A stretch of DNA of 64,000 nt, taken from positions 54,134 through 118,133 of IMG/VR virus record IMGVR_UViG_3300031555_004349, one strand, 5' to 3'. This DNA comes from a virus. Lineage: Duplodnaviria > Caudoviricetes. The translations under genes were made by a program, and so were the position numbers. Below the pieces are notes generated by a model. It was not told the DNA's origin. It saw only the letters and a program-made list of their open reading frames with translations, and made no database searches. Position 1 is the first letter of the stretch; each line of letters opens with the position of its first letter. Positions 31,052 to 40,022 of this stretch are shown here, in pieces.

Positions 31052-31306
31052 ATGATTAAAAGATTACTTATTGTTTTAATTCTTTTAGGAATTTTAACTA
31101 TGGTTTTTCTTCATTCACAAAGAACGGTTGAATGTTGGTGGGGAATAATGTATCCCACGCTTTCCTATACCACTTTCGAAGATGATGAAAGAGATACGAG
31201 AGTTTCTTCAACAGAGCCACATTATATTTATTTACCTAAAAATCAAGTTGAAGAACCTGTTAAAATCAAATTCATTTTTGTTGAATGGTTAAAAGAATTA
31301 TTTTAG
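31052..31306 (+). CDS. Secreted mini-protein resembling the C-terminal part of SpoIIR
   Basis: AAGGAGG RBS; signal peptide; CWWGIMYPTLS...VKIKFIFVEWLKELF recalls the SpoIIR C-terminal NWWCVxFPPLC...VKFxxVEW pattern. Confidence 0.5.
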   Translation: MIKRLLIVLILLGILTMVFLHSQRTVECWWGIMYPTLSYTTFEDDERDTRVSSTEPHYIYLPKNQVEEPVKIKFIFVEWLKELF

Positions 31307-31320
31307 AAAGGAGAATTAGT

Positions 31321-31869
31321 ATGAGTAAAGTTTATTTTATTGCAGATACGCACTTTGGTCACGACAGAATAATTGGAATTTGTAATAGACCTTTCACTAA
31401 TGTTGAGGAGATGAATACTCAATTAATTCAAAAATGGAATAATAAGGTATCTGATGAAGATACCGTCTACATATTAGGTGATTTTTGTTTTAAAATGAAT
31501 AAGCAAGATGCAATTAAAGTTTTAAAACAATTAAAAGGTAAAAAAATTTTAATTAGAGGAAATCACGACAAATATGCTGGTCAGCGTGATTTTGACAGTT
31601 GTTTTGAAAGAATTTGTGATTATACACAAATCACAGAAGAAGGACAACAAATTATTTTATGTCATTATCCAATTATTGATTATGCAGGAATGTATTACGG
31701 CGCGAAAATGATTTATGGACATATTCATAATAAATATATTCCACATAAAGATATGTATTGTGTAAGCGTAGAATGTGTAAATTATGAACCAGTTAGTCTA
31801 TTAGAAATTTTAGAAATTTATAAAAATAAAGAGGTTGAAACTCAAATTGATTGGGCTAAACCATTTTAG
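31321..31869 (+). CDS. Calcineurin-like metallophosphoesterase
   Basis: ADTHFGH, LGDF, GNHD, GHIH. Confidence 0.85.
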   Translation: MSKVYFIADTHFGHDRIIGICNRPFTNVEEMNTQLIQKWNNKVSDEDTVYILGDFCFKMNKQDAIKVLKQLKGKKILIRGNHDKYAGQRDFDSCFERICDYTQITEEGQQIILCHYPIIDYAGMYYGAKMIYGHIHNKYIPHKDMYCVSVECVNYEPVSLLEILEIYKNKEVETQIDWAKPF

Positions 31870-31878
31870 GAGGATTTT

Positions 31879-32352
31879 ATGGAAGAAAACACAAATAATG
31901 AAGAAGTTATAGTTGATGAAACTAATGGACAAGAAGGAGTAAATGAGACAGCTGAGCCAGCAGATAGTTCTGTAGCTGAAAACACTTCTGTTATTAGCGA
32001 TGAACCAACTGAAGAACAATTAGCTTTTCAAGCAAAAGTAGAAGCTTTAGGATTAGAAAAAGGCGATGTTGTAGTTTTTAGAAATGGAGAAATTGGTAGA
32101 ATAGATGCTACAAGTTTCGAATTAAAAGAAATGATTTATAGAATTTATGTAAAATTTGGTGTATCAATTGCAACATTAGATGAAAATTTAGTAAGTATGA
32201 ATGGCGATAAAAGATATGATGTTCAAAAGATTCTAAGCTCAGATTTTACAACTGTTAAAAAAGAAATTGAATTTACAGAAGTAGTTTTAACAAAAGAAGA
32301 AGCAGAAGCTAAATTAAGTGAAGCAGAAGGACAAACAGTAATAATTGAATAA
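31879..32352 (+). CDS. Hypothetical acidic protein
   Basis: AGGAGG RBS, acidic N-terminus. Confidence 0.55.
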   Translation: MEENTNNEEVIVDETNGQEGVNETAEPADSSVAENTSVISDEPTEEQLAFQAKVEALGLEKGDVVVFRNGEIGRIDATSFELKEMIYRIYVKFGVSIATLDENLVSMNGDKRYDVQKILSSDFTTVKKEIEFTEVVLTKEEAEAKLSEAEGQTVIIE

Positions 32353-32367
32353 TAGAAAGGAGACAAT

Positions 32368-32676
32368 ATGTCAAATTCAAAAAAATTAAGTAAAGCAAAA
32401 GAAGCTGAAATTAGAGCATTTTTATACGGAGTAGCACTTCAAGGTTTTGCCAATACTCATATTGGAACAGAACCTGTTGTTAAAGGTCGTCTAATTGAAC
32501 TCGAATATGAAGGAAATACTTATTATGCAACTTTAAATATAACTTTACACAATCCTGAAAAATTTGATGTTGAAGAAGTTAGACAAGAATATTTAACAAA
32601 GTTAGAAGCTGCTGCACAAAGAAGCGCTGAAAAAGCAGAAAGAGATAGAAAAAGAATAGAAAAATTAAGTAAATAA
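32368..32676 (+). CDS. Hypothetical protein, member of in-window paralog family
   Basis: K.LSKAK....R N-terminus, beta segment ending in Pro, charged C-terminal helix. Confidence 0.55.
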   Translation: MSNSKKLSKAKEAEIRAFLYGVALQGFANTHIGTEPVVKGRLIELEYEGNTYYATLNITLHNPEKFDVEEVRQEYLTKLEAAAQRSAEKAERDRKRIEKLSK

Positions 32677-32769
32677 GTTTGCAACGCGCGAGGATTATAA
32701 GAGGTATAATATTTATATATATGCTACACCAAACCAAGCGGTTAGATTCGCGCGACAAACTTTATATAT

Positions 32770-33109
32770 GGGGGTATATTTGGTTTCGACCCTTATTGGA
32801 GATAAAAATAAGCAAGTAGTGGTCAGACAGGACACTTTAAAAGTCTGAAAAAAAAATAAAAGCAAACGGTTTAATAGCTGCCTAGGCAGTAATTTAAATA
32901 TATCACCTCCTTTCTCGAAGTATTAAAAGGGCAAAAGTATTTTTAATGGCTATAATAAAATACTTTCACGGAAGAACATAGCTAATTAAATTTAAAAGAT
33001 TTTGTTTATTTTTCTTTAATTTAATTTGTTACATAAAATAAACTAAACTTGTAGAAAATTTTTGTTAAAGGTAAGTGGCACAGCAGTTCGATTCTGCTTA
33101 CCTCCACCA
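32770..33109 (+). ncRNA. ssrA: tmRNA
   Basis: 5' GGGGGTATATTTGGTTTCGAC; 3' T-arm AGCAGTTCGATTCTGCT + TACCTCC-ACCA with G3:U pair; tag ORF GCA AAC GGT TTA ATA GCT GCC TAG (ANGLIAA) at 32862-32885. Confidence 0.92.
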
Positions 33110-33114
33110 AAGAA

Positions 33115-33180
33115 AAGGCGCACACAGCATTAAATCCGCCGAATAGGCACTAAATTTGGGATTTAGCAATTTGCGCCTTG
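33115..33180 (+). ncRNA. Solitary AYACAGCA stem element (fifth unit of novel RNA motif)
   Basis: AAGGCGC-ACACAGCAT...GCGCCTT-G; inner TAAATCC/GGATTTA stem. Confidence 0.6.
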
Positions 33181-33259
33181 TTTTTATAAAATTGACTTTT
33201 ATTTTAAAGCGTGTTATAATAATTATAAGAAAATAAATAAAGAAAGAAGTTGATTAATT

Positions 33260-33484
33260 ATGAAACAAAGTACAACAGAAACAAGATTGTATTGCCCAAG
33301 ATGTGGAATGGTTCACACGATTTTTAGAAAAACTGCAAAACAAAAGAAAGCAGGACACTATAAAAATTTTTATTGCTATAAATGCGCACATACTCATAAT
33401 CATATTGAGTTAAAAGAAAACTCTTATTCAAAAGAAGAATTAGCTCAAATGGTTGAAATAATGAAAAAAGAAAATAAATTTTAA
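33260..33484 (+). CDS. Small Zn-ribbon protein (L33-like spacing)
   Basis: YCPRCG...YCYKC..H; own sigmaA promoter at about 33192-33220. Confidence 0.55.
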   Translation: MKQSTTETRLYCPRCGMVHTIFRKTAKQKKAGHYKNFYCYKCAHTHNHIELKENSYSKEELAQMVEIMKKENKF

Positions 33485-33486
33485 AT

Positions 33487-33577
33487 GTCAAGGTACTCAA
33501 GCTGGTGAAGAGGACGCACTGCTAACGCGTTAGGTCAGTAAAATGGCGCGTGGGTTCGAACCCCACCCTTGACGCCA
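33487..33577 (+). tRNA. tRNA-Ser(GCT)
   Basis: GTCAAGG/CCTTGAC acceptor, loop CTGCTAA, long variable arm, TTCGAAC, CCA. Confidence 0.9.
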
Positions 33578-33598
33578 ATTAGAAAGGTAGTGAGTAAA

Positions 33599-33793
33599 AT
33601 GGATATTGATGATGCTAAAAGAAAATTCAAGGATTGTAAAAAGTGTAAACATTTTTATGATTTAGACTTTGATGGTTTTCATACTCTTTGTGCAGAATTA
33701 CATTGTCATCTTTGTGCGGGAAACAGTGGTTGGTGCATTGATTATGAAGAAGGAGAAGCTCCAAAAGGAAAAGAAAAAGGAAGTTATAAATAG
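33599..33793 (+). CDS. Small Cys-rich protein
   Basis: ATG after tRNA; CKKCKH...LC..HCHLC..WC. Confidence 0.5.
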   Translation: MDIDDAKRKFKDCKKCKHFYDLDFDGFHTLCAELHCHLCAGNSGWCIDYEEGEAPKGKEKGSYK

Positions 33794-33807
33794 AAAGGTG
33801 GTTAATT

Positions 33808-34017
33808 ATGCCTAAAAATATAATGAAATTTGAATTAGTAGATAATACAAGAAAAAATATATATAATGAAAGTTGCAAAATGGAGAAAGCTTGGTATGGA
33901 GAAGAGTCAGATGGACAAATAATGAGTATAGACTCATATTATACAATGTGTAAAGAATTTGCAGCTGCAATGGGATTTTGTGAAAGCACAATAGAAGAGT
34001 GGTTTGGTGATTATTAA
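33808..34017 (+). CDS. Hypothetical protein
   Basis: RBS; stop overlaps helicase start. Confidence 0.55.
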   Translation: MPKNIMKFELVDNTRKNIYNESCKMEKAWYGEESDGQIMSIDSYYTMCKEFAAAMGFCESTIEEWFGDY

Positions 34018-35141
34018 TGGATTACAATTTAACTGAAAAACAACAACAAGGATTAGACATTTGTATAAAAAGATATTTTAATGATGAACTTTATACAATA
34101 ATAGCTGGTTATGCAGGTACGGGAAAATCTTATTTGGTTAACGCAATAGTTGATAAATTTGGTTTTAAAGAATATGAAATAGCATATGCTTGTTATACGG
34201 GTAAAGCCGCGCTAGTGTTACAAAAGCAAGGTAAAAATGCTATAACTTTACATAAGCTATTATATAATTCCTATCCAAATGGTTTTGGAGGGTTTATTCA
34301 TCGTCCAAAATTAAAGTTAGATTACGATTATAAATTAATCATTGTAGATGAAATTTCAATGTGTCCAAAAGAATTATGGAATTTATTAATGAAACACGGA
34401 GTATATGTAATTGGTTTGGGAGACCCATTTCAATTACCTCCAATCGGCGATGGGCTTAATTTATTAGATAATCCTCATATATTTTTAACAGAAGTTATGC
34501 GTCAAGCGCTTGATAATGATATAATAAAATATTCTATGGAATTGCGCGAAGGTAAAGAATTAAAGCCAGGAATCAGAGGTAAAAACATACAAACTTATAG
34601 TAAAGATGAATTGACAACTGGTATGATGTTATGGGCAGACCAAATTCTTTGTGGGAAAAATACAACGAGGCGAGATTTGAATAAACAAATGAGAGAGCTA
34701 CTAGGCAAAAAAGATATAATAGACGACAATGAAAAATTAATTTGTTTAAAAAATTATTGGGAATTTCCTTCTTATAAAGAAACTTTTTTAGTTAATGGTT
34801 TAATTGGTGAAGCAACTAATATAACTCTTTATAAAGGTTTAAAACGAATTAATACAGATTTTAAAATAGAAAATAATGACTTTTTCAGAGGTTTGGTTTT
34901 AGATTATAAATTATTGGAAACAGGAAATCCTACAATTGTTAAAAATGAAAAAGGTAAAATAATACCTAGTGGAAAAATTGAAATGGATTATGGTTATGCT
35001 ATTACTGTTCACAAAGCACAAGGTTCTCAATTTGATAAGGTATTAGTATACGATGAACATTTATATAATGAAGAAAACCATAATAGATGGTTATATACAG
35101 CCATTACTCGCGCTGTAGATAAGGTGGTAGTAGTAATATGA
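34017..35141 (+). CDS. Dda/RecD-like SF1B helicase
   Basis: GYAGTGKS, TGKAA, VDEISM, GDPFQLPP, YAITVHKAQGS, YTAITRA. Confidence 0.88.
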   Translation: MDYNLTEKQQQGLDICIKRYFNDELYTIIAGYAGTGKSYLVNAIVDKFGFKEYEIAYACYTGKAALVLQKQGKNAITLHKLLYNSYPNGFGGFIHRPKLKLDYDYKLIIVDEISMCPKELWNLLMKHGVYVIGLGDPFQLPPIGDGLNLLDNPHIFLTEVMRQALDNDIIKYSMELREGKELKPGIRGKNIQTYSKDELTTGMMLWADQILCGKNTTRRDLNKQMRELLGKKDIIDDNEKLICLKNYWEFPSYKETFLVNGLIGEATNITLYKGLKRINTDFKIENNDFFRGLVLDYKLLETGNPTIVKNEKGKIIPSGKIEMDYGYAITVHKAQGSQFDKVLVYDEHLYNEENHNRWLYTAITRAVDKVVVVI

Positions 35142-35584
35142 AAATAAATAAATATTTAAAAAAATTAGGATTAAAACAATATGATATGCCAGGATATTAT
35201 GATGAAAAATTAGAAAATCATCCTCATTTGTGTGATACTCCTGGCGCGGACATAAGAAATAAAGAAGATAAAGAAGGTTTTTGTGGGTATGAATTTTTTA
35301 ATTTGGGAGATACTTTAGATTTGTATATTTATTCTAAATTATGTTGGTTTAGAGAACATTGCGCAGATATAGTGACTCCAGGCTGTTTTTGTTCTTATCA
35401 TACACAATCCGAAAAACAAAGACAAATGTCTCACAAAGCTTGGTTAAAAACATTAGATGAAATAATTGAAGGTTTTCGTATTTCAATTGTTGGTTTTACA
35501 GAAGGACAGGAAGGAATTGAAAAATTAAAAATTCAAAAAGCTCGTCACTTACTAGCAGAATTTTGGGATTGTCTTTGGTATTAA
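35138..35584 (+). CDS. Hypothetical protein
   Basis: Coupled ORF. Confidence 0.55.
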   Translation: MKINKYLKKLGLKQYDMPGYYDEKLENHPHLCDTPGADIRNKEDKEGFCGYEFFNLGDTLDLYIYSKLCWFREHCADIVTPGCFCSYHTQSEKQRQMSHKAWLKTLDEIIEGFRISIVGFTEGQEGIEKLKIQKARHLLAEFWDCLWY

Positions 35585-35586
35585 AT

Positions 35587-35662
35587 GCATCCGTCGCCAA
35601 GTTGGCTAAGGCCCTGAGCTGCAACCTCAGTATCGTAGGTTCAAGTCCTACCGGGTGCTCCA
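35587..35662 (+). tRNA. tRNA-Cys(GCA)
   Basis: GCATCCG/CGGGTGC, loop CTGCAAC, U73, CCA. Confidence 0.9.
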
Positions 35663-35714
35663 ATTTGACTTTTACTTTAATTTGAGTTATAATAAATTAA
35701 AGGAAGTGAGAAGA

Positions 35715-36017
35715 ATGAATGTTTTATATGTAGATGATTTAAGAATGCCTAAAGGACCTTATAGTTTTGACCATATTGCAATTGTTAGAAATTACAACGA
35801 TGCTTTAAAAAAGATGGTTACAGAAAGATTTGACGCAATTGATTTAGACCACGACCTTGGTGAAGATAAAACTGGTTATGATATAGTTAAATTTATAGTA
35901 GAAAAAGGTTTTAATTTTCAAACTATATATATTCATACTGCAAATCCAGTTGGTAGGCAAAATATGATAGATTTATTACAAAAACATACAAGGTCAAGAA
36001 TTGTAGTTTATTTTTAA
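35715..36017 (+). CDS. Cyclic-phosphate-processing receiver-like (cREC) domain protein
   Basis: LYVDDLR, IDLDHDLG..KTGYD, IHTANPVG signature; ATG at 35715. Confidence 0.7.
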   Translation: MNVLYVDDLRMPKGPYSFDHIAIVRNYNDALKKMVTERFDAIDLDHDLGEDKTGYDIVKFIVEKGFNFQTIYIHTANPVGRQNMIDLLQKHTRSRIVVYF

Positions 36018-36021
36018 AAAG

Positions 36022-36050
36022 TTGATTTTAAATTAAATTTATAGTATAAT
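36022..36050 (+). promoter_or_regulatory. sigmaA-like promoter ahead of the RNA-unit array
   Basis: TTGATT-17bp-TATAAT; a second TTGACA-17-TTTAAT at 36407-36435 precedes unit 3. Confidence 0.65.
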
Positions 36051-36068
36051 TAAATTAATAAATAAATA

Positions 36069-36624
36069 GGGCTCACACAGCAAAGTATTTTATCTTATTA
36101 GGTAAAAGAAGAATTTTGTAAGTTACATTTACAAAATATCCAAAAATGTGCTACTTTTGTAGCTCCAAATGGATTTAATGTGTTGTTTGCTTCAAGGTGC
36201 GGCGAGCCCAGTAAAATGCCAAAATCCTTGAAAACAATACATAAGGGACACACAGCAAATTAACTTCGGTTAAAACAATTAATAGTCTTTAAGACTATAG
36301 GAAGCAGTAAAATGAGGCATAGAACAGTAAATTTGCATTGCGCAGGTTTACTATGTATCTGAGCCGAGACTGTTGCGAGTACTGGTTAATGTCCCTAGTC
36401 GTTATATTGACAAGTACTCTATACACAGTTTTAATTAAGTTTATAATTTGTGGACATACAGCAATTTTATAATATTTTGGTTCTGATTTACAATCTGAAA
36501 AATAAATATTAGTCCGCAGTTTTAGAAAGGCACATACAGCAATTATACTTTCAAAAAGTTGGTTATCCTTGGTTCAATTCCAAGTCTTCGAGCCATTTCT
36601 TTCGAGGAATATTTGAGTGCCTTG
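36069..36624 (+). ncRNA. Array of four structured RNA units (6-bp stem + AYACAGCAA + variable interior + stem)
   Basis: Units 36069-36209 GGGCTC/GAGCCC, 36244-36396 AGGGAC/GTCCCT, 36450-36517 GTGGAC/GTCCGC, 36528-36622 AGGCAC/GTGCCT; each 5' strand followed by ACACAGCAA or ATACAGCAA. Confidence 0.75.
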
Positions 36625-36657
36625 TTTTATTTTAAAATAAGAAAATGGAGGTTTAGA

Positions 36658-38187
36658 ATGGAAGATATATTTTTAGCAAGTTTAAAAAGAGAGACAAATG
36701 AAGCAATTACAGAAAATGGAGCATTAGCTTTTAATTCAACAAATTCAAGTTTATTAGATTTATTTGGTACAATTGGCGCACTTAGAAATAGACCTTCATC
36801 AGACGTAATAGATAAATTCACAAAAGCATTTTCAGAAGATAAATTATTAGCTATGAAAATGTTATTTTATGCAAGAAATATTAGAGGTGGATTAGGAGAA
36901 AGAAAAGTTTTTCGTACTATAATTCATTATATGGCAAATGTTCACCCTGATGTTATGAAGAAAAATATTAACTTAGTTCCTTTTTTTGGAAGATGGGACG
37001 ATTTATATGAGTTTGTGGGAACGTCATTAGAAGATGATGCGTTTGATTTTATTACTGTTCAATTAGCTATAGATGAGACTTTTATGGCTCATAATAAACC
37101 TATTAGCTTAATGGCAAAATGGTTAAAATCAACTTCTGGAGTTTCTGTTGAGTCTGCTAAATTAGGTAAGTTAACTGCTAAAAAATTAGGTTTAACTTAT
37201 AAAGAATATAGACAAAAATTATCTAAATTAAGAAGTTATTTAAATATAGTAGAAACTAATATGAGTAATGATAAATGGAATGAAATCATTTATCGTGAAG
37301 TTCCCGCGCTAGCTATGAAAAAATATAGAAACGCATTTAAAGAACATAATTTAGTAGAATTCAAAGAGTACATTGAAAAAGTTAAAAAAGGTGAAGAAAC
37401 TATTAAAGCCGCAACTTTATATCCATATAATATTATGGAAAGTGCTGGTTTAAGAGATGACTATAATGGTAAATTAAAATTAAGAACTTGGGACGAAATA
37501 TTGGAAGAACAATGGAAAGCTTTACCTAATTATGTTGAAGGAGAAAACAATATAATGGTTATGGCTGATACTTCTGGTTCAATGTCTGGTAGACCTTTAG
37601 CTACTTCTGTTGGTTTAGCAATTTATTTCGCTGAAAGAAACCAAGGTCCTTATAAAGATAAATTTATTACCTTTGCAGGAGAACCAAAATACATTGAACT
37701 AAAAGGTACAAACTTAATGGAAAAAGTAGCTTGTATTCCTGAAATTAATACAAGAAATACTAATATAGAAGCAGCTTTTAATTTAATTTTAGATACTGCT
37801 ATTCATAATAATTTACCACAAGAAAGTCTACCAAAAGCAATTGTTATAATTTCAGATATGGAATTTGATAGTGCGGCTGACACAGATGCTTACAACTATT
37901 GGAGACGCTCAAGCTCAAATGAAGTAACTGAAAAACATAATAAATTAATGGAAGACTTAAATAATAAGTTTAGTGTAAATGGCTATAAAATGCCAAAAAT
38001 TATATATTGGAATGTTGATTCTAGAAATGATATTTATCACGCAACTTGTGAACAACACAATGTTGCTATGGTAAGTGGTCAATCTACATCTACATTTAAA
38101 ACTGTATTAAAGTCAATAGATGAAGATGCGTTTGAAATGATGATAAACACTTTAAGCGACCCAATGTATGATTTAGTTGAAGTATAA
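36658..38187 (+). CDS. DUF2828-family helical-repeat + vWA protein (Ro60/TROVE-like architecture)
   Basis: TENGA...STNSSLLDLF, RNIRGGLGER, GRWDDL, AKWL, MIDAS ADTSGSM, ISDMEFD, IYWNV; start at ATG 36658 with GGAGG. Confidence 0.8.
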   Translation: MEDIFLASLKRETNEAITENGALAFNSTNSSLLDLFGTIGALRNRPSSDVIDKFTKAFSEDKLLAMKMLFYARNIRGGLGERKVFRTIIHYMANVHPDVMKKNINLVPFFGRWDDLYEFVGTSLEDDAFDFITVQLAIDETFMAHNKPISLMAKWLKSTSGVSVESAKLGKLTAKKLGLTYKEYRQKLSKLRSYLNIVETNMSNDKWNEIIYREVPALAMKKYRNAFKEHNLVEFKEYIEKVKKGEETIKAATLYPYNIMESAGLRDDYNGKLKLRTWDEILEEQWKALPNYVEGENNIMVMADTSGSMSGRPLATSVGLAIYFAERNQGPYKDKFITFAGEPKYIELKGTNLMEKVACIPEINTRNTNIEAAFNLILDTAIHNNLPQESLPKAIVIISDMEFDSAADTDAYNYWRRSSSNEVTEKHNKLMEDLNNKFSVNGYKMPKIIYWNVDSRNDIYHATCEQHNVAMVSGQSTSTFKTVLKSIDEDAFEMMINTLSDPMYDLVEV

Positions 38188-38245
38188 AATTAAAAGAGAG
38201 TTTTTCTCTCTTTTAGTTAATATATATTTAAAAGGAGTTTTTTGT

Positions 38246-38458
38246 ATGGACAATTTTTATGATGACCATCGTTGGCATTGGTGGCATTGGTTAATTCTTG
38301 TTCTTGCTATATTAGCTGGGTTAGGTTTAGCTTATACTTGGATAAATAATTATGATATAGTAAAGAAAGATAATCAATCATATGTCAATGGAATTGAAAC
38401 AACAATAGAACATCCAATAAATACAACAGAAAATGCAGTAAATGATATAGTAAAATAA
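38246..38458 (+). CDS. Small membrane protein
   Basis: AAGGAG RBS; HRWHWWHW then TM helix. Confidence 0.55.
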   Translation: MDNFYDDHRWHWWHWLILVLAILAGLGLAYTWINNYDIVKKDNQSYVNGIETTIEHPINTTENAVNDIVK

Positions 38459-38558
38459 CAAACTGGCGCGATTACAACTTAGTTTTCGCGCCTTATTTAT
38501 TAAAGTTTGATTTTTAATGGAAATTTTTGTATAATTATATTATAAATAAAAAATATAT

Positions 38559-38635
<77 letters not shown>

Positions 38636-38655
38636 TTTTTATAAAGGAGAAATAT

Positions 38656-39534
38656 ATGGATAAATATAGTAAAACAGCATATTTTCATTTACCATTTAAT
38701 TTTGAATATTTAAAATTATATGAAAAAGTATTAGAATTGTATGAAACAAAACCAGAATTATTTAAAGATAACGTTAAAATAGGTTCTTTTTATGGCTCTC
38801 CTAATGGCGCTATTTGGAATGGTGGAAGAATGTTTGCAGGTTCTATATTAAAAAAACAATTAGAAGAAGTTAGAGATTGGTTATATTCTTATAATATTCC
38901 ATTTCGTTTTACTTTTACCAATTGTTTAATTGAAGAGAATCATTTGAATGACACTTATTGTAATAATATTTTAGATATTTTTAACAATGGTAAAAATGAA
39001 GTATTATGTAATGTAGAATTATTAGAAAATTATATAAGAAATAAATATGGTGATAATTACAAATATATTTCTTCAACAACAAAAAGATTAGTTGATAAGA
39101 AGCAACAGCAAAAAGAAATAACAAAAAATTATAGTTTAGTTGTATTAGATTATGATTTTAATAAAGATTTTGATTTTTTAAAAACGATTAAGGAAAGAAA
39201 TAAATGTGAAATTTTATGTAATGCAGTTTGTGTAGCAAATTGTCCAAATAGAGTTCAACATTATAAAAATATTTCTCGTTGTCAGTTATTAAATGATACA
39301 GATGATTTATTAGAATGTAGTGAAACAGGAAAAAGATTTTGGCAAATCCACGAAAATAAAAATTTTATTTCAAATAAAAATATTGACCGTTATCTTCAAA
39401 TGGGATTTGAAAATTTCAAACTAGAAGGAAGAACAGCACATCCACTTGATTTAGTAGAAATTTTTGTTTATTATTTATTTAAGGACAGCAAAGCTGGAAT
39501 AGTAAGAGAAATTTTACAGGAGGTAGTATGGTAA
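38656..39534 (+). CDS. U32-peptidase-like (TrhP/RlhA/UbiU-type) putative Fe-S protein
   Basis: LCNAVC..NCP.R..HY...C Cys cluster and GFENFKLEGR near C-terminus. Confidence 0.5.
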   Translation: MDKYSKTAYFHLPFNFEYLKLYEKVLELYETKPELFKDNVKIGSFYGSPNGAIWNGGRMFAGSILKKQLEEVRDWLYSYNIPFRFTFTNCLIEENHLNDTYCNNILDIFNNGKNEVLCNVELLENYIRNKYGDNYKYISSTTKRLVDKKQQQKEITKNYSLVVLDYDFNKDFDFLKTIKERNKCEILCNAVCVANCPNRVQHYKNISRCQLLNDTDDLLECSETGKRFWQIHENKNFISNKNIDRYLQMGFENFKLEGRTAHPLDLVEIFVYYLFKDSKAGIVREILQEVVW

Positions 39535-39719
39535 TGAAAGAAATTTTAGGATTTAAATACAACAAACAAGAGTTAAATGATGATAGTAAATGCCCAAATT
39601 GTGGATATGATTTAAATTTACCAGTTGGTATGGTTACAACAAACTGGTTTTGTACAAAACATTGGGATTTATATACTTGTGGTAAATGTAATTTACAATG
39701 GCGAGTAAGTAAAAAATAA
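39528..39719 (+). CDS. Small Zn-ribbon protein
   Basis: CPNCG...CGKC. Confidence 0.55.
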   Translation: MVMKEILGFKYNKQELNDDSKCPNCGYDLNLPVGMVTTNWFCTKHWDLYTCGKCNLQWRVSKK

Positions 39720-39735
39720 ATAGAAAGGAGATTTT

Positions 39736-40005
39736 ATGTTTAGAAGAAAAAAATTTAAGTTTACTTTTCATAAAAGATGGCTTGAAGGAAGAGATAATGA
39801 GCATTACAAATTGATTACAGATAGTGAAATTTGTTCTCAAACTATTGAGTATGCGCAGGCTTATAATTTAGACATAAAAACTATATCTTTAAGTAATTTA
39901 CATAAATGTGTAATAGTATTAAAAGGCGATAGAAATGATTATTTGTATTTTGTAAGAAAATTTGTAGAAGGAAATAGTAATTATATAGAACAAATTTATT
40001 TTTAA
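39736..40005 (+). CDS. Hypothetical protein
   Basis: AAGGAG RBS. Confidence 0.55.
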   Translation: MFRRKKFKFTFHKRWLEGRDNEHYKLITDSEICSQTIEYAQAYNLDIKTISLSNLHKCVIVLKGDRNDYLYFVRKFVEGNSNYIEQIYF

Positions 40006-40022
40006 GGAAGTGAAAAGTTCAA

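Noticed and set aside
36069-36624. CRISPR array interpretation of the repeated units
   Set aside because: The conserved part is only about 9 nt, spacing is irregular (78-206 nt), flanking stems covary rather than repeat, and no cas genes are present
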